Below are positions 57,847 to 64,000 of a stretch of DNA of 64,000 bases, one piece after another. This DNA is from Octopus vulgaris (lineage: Eukaryota), in assembly GCA_951406725.2 (NCBI GenBank), contig OX597832.1:38254001-38318000 (forward strand), read 5' to 3'. The notes below the pieces were generated by a model. That model searched no databases. It worked only from the letters and a program-made list of their open reading frames with translations, and was not told the DNA's origin. How positions within the stretch are numbered: position 1 is the stretch's first letter; the number at the start of each line of letters is the position of its first letter. The position numbers were made by a program, and so were the translations under genes.

Positions 57847-57847
57847 A
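57651..57847. repeat. Perfect (TTC)n of about 40 units followed by (TAC)n
   Basis: Direct reading. Confidence 0.95.
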
Positions 57848-58399
57848 TTTTGCACCGAGGTGAACAGAAGGAATCCTGACTCATTCTCCCCCTCCATCCC
57901 ACCTCAACCTCCCTTCCACACCAGGTGAATTTCTGTCCTACGAAGCTACGGGCTTAACTATATTCAGCTCTGCCACAACATACAACACAGCAGCAACAAA
58001 AAACATCTGTAGAAGCGTTCCAACCACATGCCAGTTTACACACATACATGTGTGTGTGTGTGTGTATTTTCACACACACACACATACGTATATGTATGTA
58101 TGCATATTTATATATATATATATATATATGCATTTATACCTACATGTATGCATATATATGTGCGTATATGTTTCTTATAAGTACATATGTAGGTATGTAT
58201 GTATAAAACCACACTAGATCTTCCATGCTATAGGTTCCTCTTAAGAGTAACACGTACGCACGTCTACGTAGATCACATACATTCGTATATACATTCATAT
58301 ATGCATATATATATATATAAATAGATATACATATGTACATATAAATATATATATATATATATAAATAGATATACATATGTACATATAAATATATACACA

Positions 58400-58535
58400 C
58401 ACTTATTTTATCGATCCTTAAAGGATGAATGGCGAAGTCGACCTCGGTGAAATTTGAACTCAGAACGTTAAGCTGGAACAAATGTCGCCAAGCATTTTAA
58501 TTTGGTGCGCCAACGATTCTGCCAAGCAGGCCGCT
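58400..58535 (-). mobile_element. SINE family A, 5' half, diverged
   Basis: tttatcgatccttaaaggatgaatggcgaagtcgacctcggtgaaatttgaactcagaacgt. Confidence 0.8.
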
Positions 58536-58929
58536 CAAATCCCACAAATATTGTTGTCAACTTCCGTATTATACTAGTAGCAAAGTTTGTACCTGACGAT
58601 GGCCACATGTTTCACTGTTTTATTTCTATTGTTGTTTGTGGCTAGACCTTGGTCTTATGCAACTACTATCAGACATTCCGTATCTGCTCTTAGTGCTGAG
58701 TTTTTCTTTGTTGAATTTCGCCTTGGCTTGCTTCCTCTTGATAAAGTCACATAAAATATTGGTCATGGTGTGTTTTTTCTTTCTGTTTTCCTTTAATAAA
58801 TTCTGGAATTCCGCTTTGATTTTGTATTGCTTCTTTGAAATATTTGTCCTTATCGTAATTTTTTTCTTCAGTGCACCTAATTTCCATTTCATAATTCTAT
58901 AATCATTTGCATACAGAAAGAATATTTTC

Positions 58930-59440
58930 TCTTTGCTTGCTTCTTAATATTTTTCTAAACCGACTCTTGTTATCTTGTGGTAGTTTTCTATTTTTTCAGA
59001 CCCCACTCTCCTTAGATGGGAATTATAGGTACTTTCTACATATTGCTAAGTTTAGGTAAGATGGCTTCGGATCGTTGTTAAAGTTGTCAGTAGTAATATT
59101 ACCTAATGTTCTCTGTCAGTTTCGTGTGTTGTCTTTCATCAATTTCATCAAAGCCTAAGTATTTGTATGGATACTTTAACTCTAATTCTTTTTATGCAAG
59201 CTTTATGCCTAATTTAATATTCTCAGATTTAGTTAAATTTCCTCTTCTCATACTGACTTTGGCACATTTGTCTAATCCTGTATAGGTCTTTATCTCGTGA
59301 CTGGATTTATAAGCAATTTTAGCAGGTTTTCCAGCTCCATGGAAGCCCTTATAAATATTTTCGAATCTTCCAACAAAGACGTTTCTAGTTTGCTCAAAGC
59401 ATCATGTGACTGATTCCTGCGATATACACATGACGATTGG
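58930..59440 (-). mobile_element. Degenerate R4/Dong-type reverse-transcriptase remnant
   Basis: Minus translation GLDKCAKVSMRRG (about 59240-59278) followed by YKYLG (about 59153-59167), motifs typical of the end of the RT in this clade. Confidence 0.6.
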
Positions 59441-60092
59441 CTATTGTCACTCACCAGCACTTTCATCCTATTCCTGGTTCTCAATGTTTTGCAGAGTTTG
59501 TACCAGATACAGGGGTCGACTTAATAGATCAAATCTTCTTCCGCAATATCAGGTCTTGTGCCTTTATCAGAAATAATTATTGTTTTTGCTGCAGTAGTAG
59601 TAGTAGTAGCCGCAGCAGCAGCAGCAGCAGGTTTGATGGATGATAGTTGGTCGTAATGATGATGACAGTGATGACAGTGATGACAGTGATGACAGTGATG
59701 GAGGCACATCTCATAATGATATTAAAATATAAATAATAACAACAATACAATATTATTAATAAATAATTGATTTGGTTATTTTTGCCGCGGTTAATATTGT
59801 CGTTAGAGGTGATGGGAAACAAGATACCTTGTTGTTGTTGTTGTTGCAGTTGTTGCTGCTTTTGTAGTTGTTGTTGATGATGATGATCATCATCATCATG
59901 GTGGTGGTCGTCGTCGTAGTCGTGGTGGTGGCGGCGGCGGCCGTTGTAGTGGTGGTGGTGACGGTTGTGGTGGCGGTGGTGGTGACGGCTCGGTTATATT
60001 AATAATGACGGTTCTGTTTGCATTTTCTGCTATCTTATTGATAGATTCTTTTAATGGATTCTGTCGTTGAACTTAGGCTTTGCTTTTCATTG

Positions 60093-60093
60093 A

Positions 60094-60178
<85 letters not shown>

Positions 60179-60207
60179 GTCGTCGTCGTCGTCGTCGTCG
60201 TCATCAC

Positions 60208-60238
<31 letters not shown>

Positions 60239-60285
60239 GTCATTATCCTCGTCGTCATCGTCGTTACCGTCGTCGTCGTCATCAC
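60093..60285. repeat. (CAT)n/(CGT)n microsatellite
   Basis: Direct reading. Confidence 0.95.
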
Positions 60286-60339
60286 CATTGCCGCATTCAA
60301 CGGCTTCACCTTTCAAAATCACCAAATTCAATTCCGAGC

Positions 60340-60710
60340 ATGTTGTCCATCTGATGCATCTAATCATCAAAATATTTTCTGTTCAGTATTGCCAGTGATA
60401 TCTCTGGTGTTTCCAAGGTTTTCGTTGTGTATTTTGGCCTCTTTCATTATAGAGTTAGATGTCTTCCCATCCATCACAACATTTGATTATCTGCAGGAGA
60501 GTGCCTCCTGTTCTTCCAAGGTACTTACACAGCCTTATGCCTTGTGACTCTTAATTCTACCTGAACAAGTCCTAAGCCATCATCTCTATTAGCAGAATTC
60601 AGCCTCTCAACACCTGCTTTTGGGTGGTATATTTTCTCTATTGTTTGTATTTTTCATCTATTGGCATACATTTTTTCCAGATCATTCCCTGTCCAGTTGA
60701 AAATGATACA
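60340..60710 (-). mobile_element. Degenerate R4/Dong-type post-RT remnant
   Basis: Minus translation IFNWTGNDLEK...YHPKAGVERLNSANRDDGLGLVQVE, matching the HPKADVERLY..R..GGRGL motif. Confidence 0.65.
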
Positions 60711-61429
60711 ATGTGTTCATGACTTCGAATTTGTTAGCAGCGTTAAGTTCAGATACGAGCAACATTCTCATTCTCCGTGAATCTTCTCTTCTATCTTCTG
60801 TTTTTTCTTCTTTTTGTTTTGTTTTTTTGTTGTTATCGTCGAGGAGACTTCTATTCCGTCACGTCGTTAACACCATGATACGTATCATTGTTTTCGTTAT
60901 TGTTACATTGCTTTATACGATTATTTAATTCCCAGCACACGATTTCGAAACAAATTGGTTCCCGAACAAATGACATCCAAGAATTATTCCCATTATTGTT
61001 GCTGAATACGTTGCTCGAATATGCTAACAACAAGTTACCATTTCTGAGGAATTGTAATTCAATTCCCAAGCGCTACACAGAATCTTGCTATTCAATACGA
61101 CAAGATTTCATTCATTTATAGTCAGAAAAAAATCAGGTCGCAGGACGTAACATATTCTTTATATCGGATCCACTGAGTAGGTTTGGTGAAAGAACCGGTG
61201 GAAAGGGGAAACCCAGCATCAACGGTCCTTCTTTAACCCGCAATGGAACTCGTATCTGCTTCAATGGTGTTCTTGTTGCTGGACCGATTTATAAGGCAGA
61301 TAGATTTCACTTTGAATCTCACTAAGATTTCCTGCGTTCTTTCTTAATCTGATCCCCGCTTAATCTTGTCAATTACTTCTTCCTTGCTTCACTATCAAAA
61401 CTAATGTAATAAACTAGAACTAAGTCTAA

Positions 61430-61516
61430 GTTGTTATCGCTGTATTACCATTGTTGTTGTTATTGTTGCTGCTGCTGTTATAGTAGCGGTAGCTGATGTT
61501 TTTGTTCTTGTTGTTA

Positions 61517-61547
<31 letters not shown>

Positions 61548-61558
61548 TATTATCATTA

Positions 61559-61589
<31 letters not shown>

Positions 61590-61656
61590 TATTATCATTA
61601 TTATTATTATTATCATTATCATCATTATTATTATCATTATCATTATCATCATTATT

Positions 61657-61688
<32 letters not shown>

Positions 61689-61805
61689 CATTATTATTAT
61701 CATTATTTATTATTATTATTATTATTATTATCATTATTATGATAATTATTATCATCATTATTATTATTATCCTTATTATTATTATTTTCATTATTATTAT
61801 TATTA

Positions 61806-61836
<31 letters not shown>

Positions 61837-62080
61837 CATTATTATTATTATTATCATTATTATTATTATCATTATTATTATTATTATCATTATTATTATT
61901 ATTATTATTATGATAATTATTATCATCATTATTATTATTATCATTATTATTATTATTTTCATTATTATTATTATTATTATCATTATTATTATTATTATTA
62001 TAATTATTATCATCATCATCATCATCATCATCATTATTATCATTATTGTTGTTGTTATCATTGTTGTTGCTGTTGTTATT
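61430..62080. repeat. (ATT/ATC/GTT)n array of about 650 bp
   Basis: Direct reading. Confidence 0.95.
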
Positions 62081-62172
62081 GCAGAATCCTCAGTATGCCG
62101 GGCAAGACGCCTGGCAACACTTCGTCCATCTTTACGTGCTGACTTCAAAGTCCCACCTAGGTCGACTTAGCT

Positions 62173-62364
62173 CAGTGCTCCGCAACCGGTATGCCGCGGC
62201 ACACTGGGGTGATACGAGATGATGCTAGGTGTGCCACAGTGAAACCTGAATATAATATTTTTTCCCTATACTTTTAATTACATTTTTAGTTCAGGTGTGC
62301 CACAGAATTTTTAAAAGAATATAAGTGTATCGTAAGTGAAGAAAAAAACCGTTGCAGAGCAGTG
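62173..62364. mobile_element. hAT-like MITE nested in a diverged family A SINE
   Basis: TIRs CAGTGCTCCGCAACC / reverse complement CACTGCTCTGCAACG; flanking 8-mers acttagct and atttggcg match 5 of 8; SINE halves at 62081-62168 and about 62370-62445. Confidence 0.7.
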
Positions 62365-62570
62365 ATTTGGCGGTTCGTCCTTTCTGGGGCAATAAAATAA
62401 ATACTTGTTGAGCGCTAGAATCGATGTATCGATTAGTCCCCTTCTCAAGCAATTGGACGCACTGTGCCCAAATTTGAAATTATTATTACCATTATCGTTA
62501 TCATTGTTGTCATTGCTGCTGCCGCTGCTGGTGTTGCCATCAGCGTCATCAATATATTCATCGTCATCAC

Positions 62571-62601
<31 letters not shown>

Positions 62602-62826
62602 GTCGTCGTCGTCGTCATCATCATCATCATCCTCATCCTCATCACCATCATCATCATCATCATCGTCGTCGTCGTCGTCGTCCTCGTTGTCGTTGTCACA
62701 ATTTCCCGCCCCGTCTTCATCGTCACCCTTGTCATCAACATCACGAACATCATTATCATTCGTCATCGTTAAAATCCTTATCATTATTGTCATCATAACC
62801 ATTAACACGATTTTCATCAACATCGC

Positions 62827-62871
<45 letters not shown>

Positions 62872-63452
62872 CTGTCAACAACATACATGTTAACCCACTG
62901 CCCCTCTCTCTTTGTCTCTCCCGCTCCATCTCTATTACACTTTTACAATATCTTTTTTATTCTTCCAAACACTTTGTATATCATCTGTTCGTATACTCAA
63001 TACACACATATATTCATATATATATGTGTGTAAAGCATGACTATATATATATATATATATATATAACTACTCCACCTTTTAACGATATGGAATTAATATT
63101 GACCGAGCTGTTTGGTCGAGATTATCTCCCCTGCTGTCTCTGGTTGACAATCCATAAATTAAAGCATCTGACATTTATAAACAATCAGATTAGTTGCATA
63201 GCAAATAGATTTTTAATCCTGACTTCATGCTGCGAAACATTAACACATCTGCGCCGGCTCAAATCGCCAACTCCCTTCTCTGTCTCCAGCGTAAAATATC
63301 ACAAGCTTTCCCCTAAGTGTTCGTCTTCCTTTTATTTTTCTATTTAAACATACACACGTGTGAGTTTACAGAGACAAATACACACATTTACAGACCATAA
63401 TACATAAATGCATACATATACATATATGTAAACAGATATATATATATATACA

Positions 63453-63498
<46 letters not shown>

Positions 63499-63610
63499 TG
63501 ATTGTATGTATGTATATAAGTATATGTGTGTGTTTATGTGTATATATATATTTATATATATACATATATATGTTTCTATCTATGTATCTATGTATATAAG
63601 CATATATATG

Positions 63611-63656
<46 letters not shown>

Positions 63657-63867
63657 TATCCCTCTTTCTCTCTTTTTTCTCTCTTAGTACCAAATATATG
63701 TATATATATATATTTATATATATATAAATAAAGAGAGAGAGACAGACAGACAGACAGACATATAGACAAACAGACATATAGACATAGATAGATAGATTGA
63801 TAGGTAGCTAGATTGATGGATGCGGTCATTCATACGTAAGTGGATGTTAGTAAGTCAAGTCATGCAA

Positions 63868-63913
<46 letters not shown>

Positions 63914-64000
63914 CTTGAGTATATATATATACGAAGCTGTTATAAACACAAAATGCATACACATATAAATTTAAGCACGTGTACATAGGTGTGTGTGCGA

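Noticed and set aside
60851-61330. Protein-like short ORFs on both strands in unique sequence
   Set aside because: No recognisable domain and no consistent splice signals.

Overview
Eukaryotic, AT-rich and saturated with microsatellites. The SINE families and repeat density point to an octopus (cephalopod) genome; this is an inference from recognised repeats, not a search result. No host protein-coding gene can be identified with confidence, and almost all ORFs in the supplied track are translations of (TA)n, (CA)n, (TATC)n, (TACA)n, (TAA)n or (CAT)n. The interpretable content is mobile DNA: (1) a 5'-truncated Penelope-like element of Naiad/Chlamys type at 20430-22508, with RT thumb, GIY-YIG endonuclease and a 3' hammerhead ribozyme, sitting between (TA)n tracts; (2) a recurring class of short fold-back elements embedded in (TA)n/(TAA)n, one with a complete hammerhead core and others with partial or variant cores; (3) about 25 copies of three tRNA-derived SINE families, some nested with clear TSDs; (4) four R4/Dong-type LINE remnants; (5) three mariner transposase remnants, two of them fused in permuted domain order; (6) MITE-like palindromes and two degenerate minisatellites. 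The best candidate for an undescribed system is the microsatellite-targeted, hammerhead-associated fold-back mini-element class together with its putative Penelope-like partner. Coordinates were read by eye and ends may be off by a few bases.
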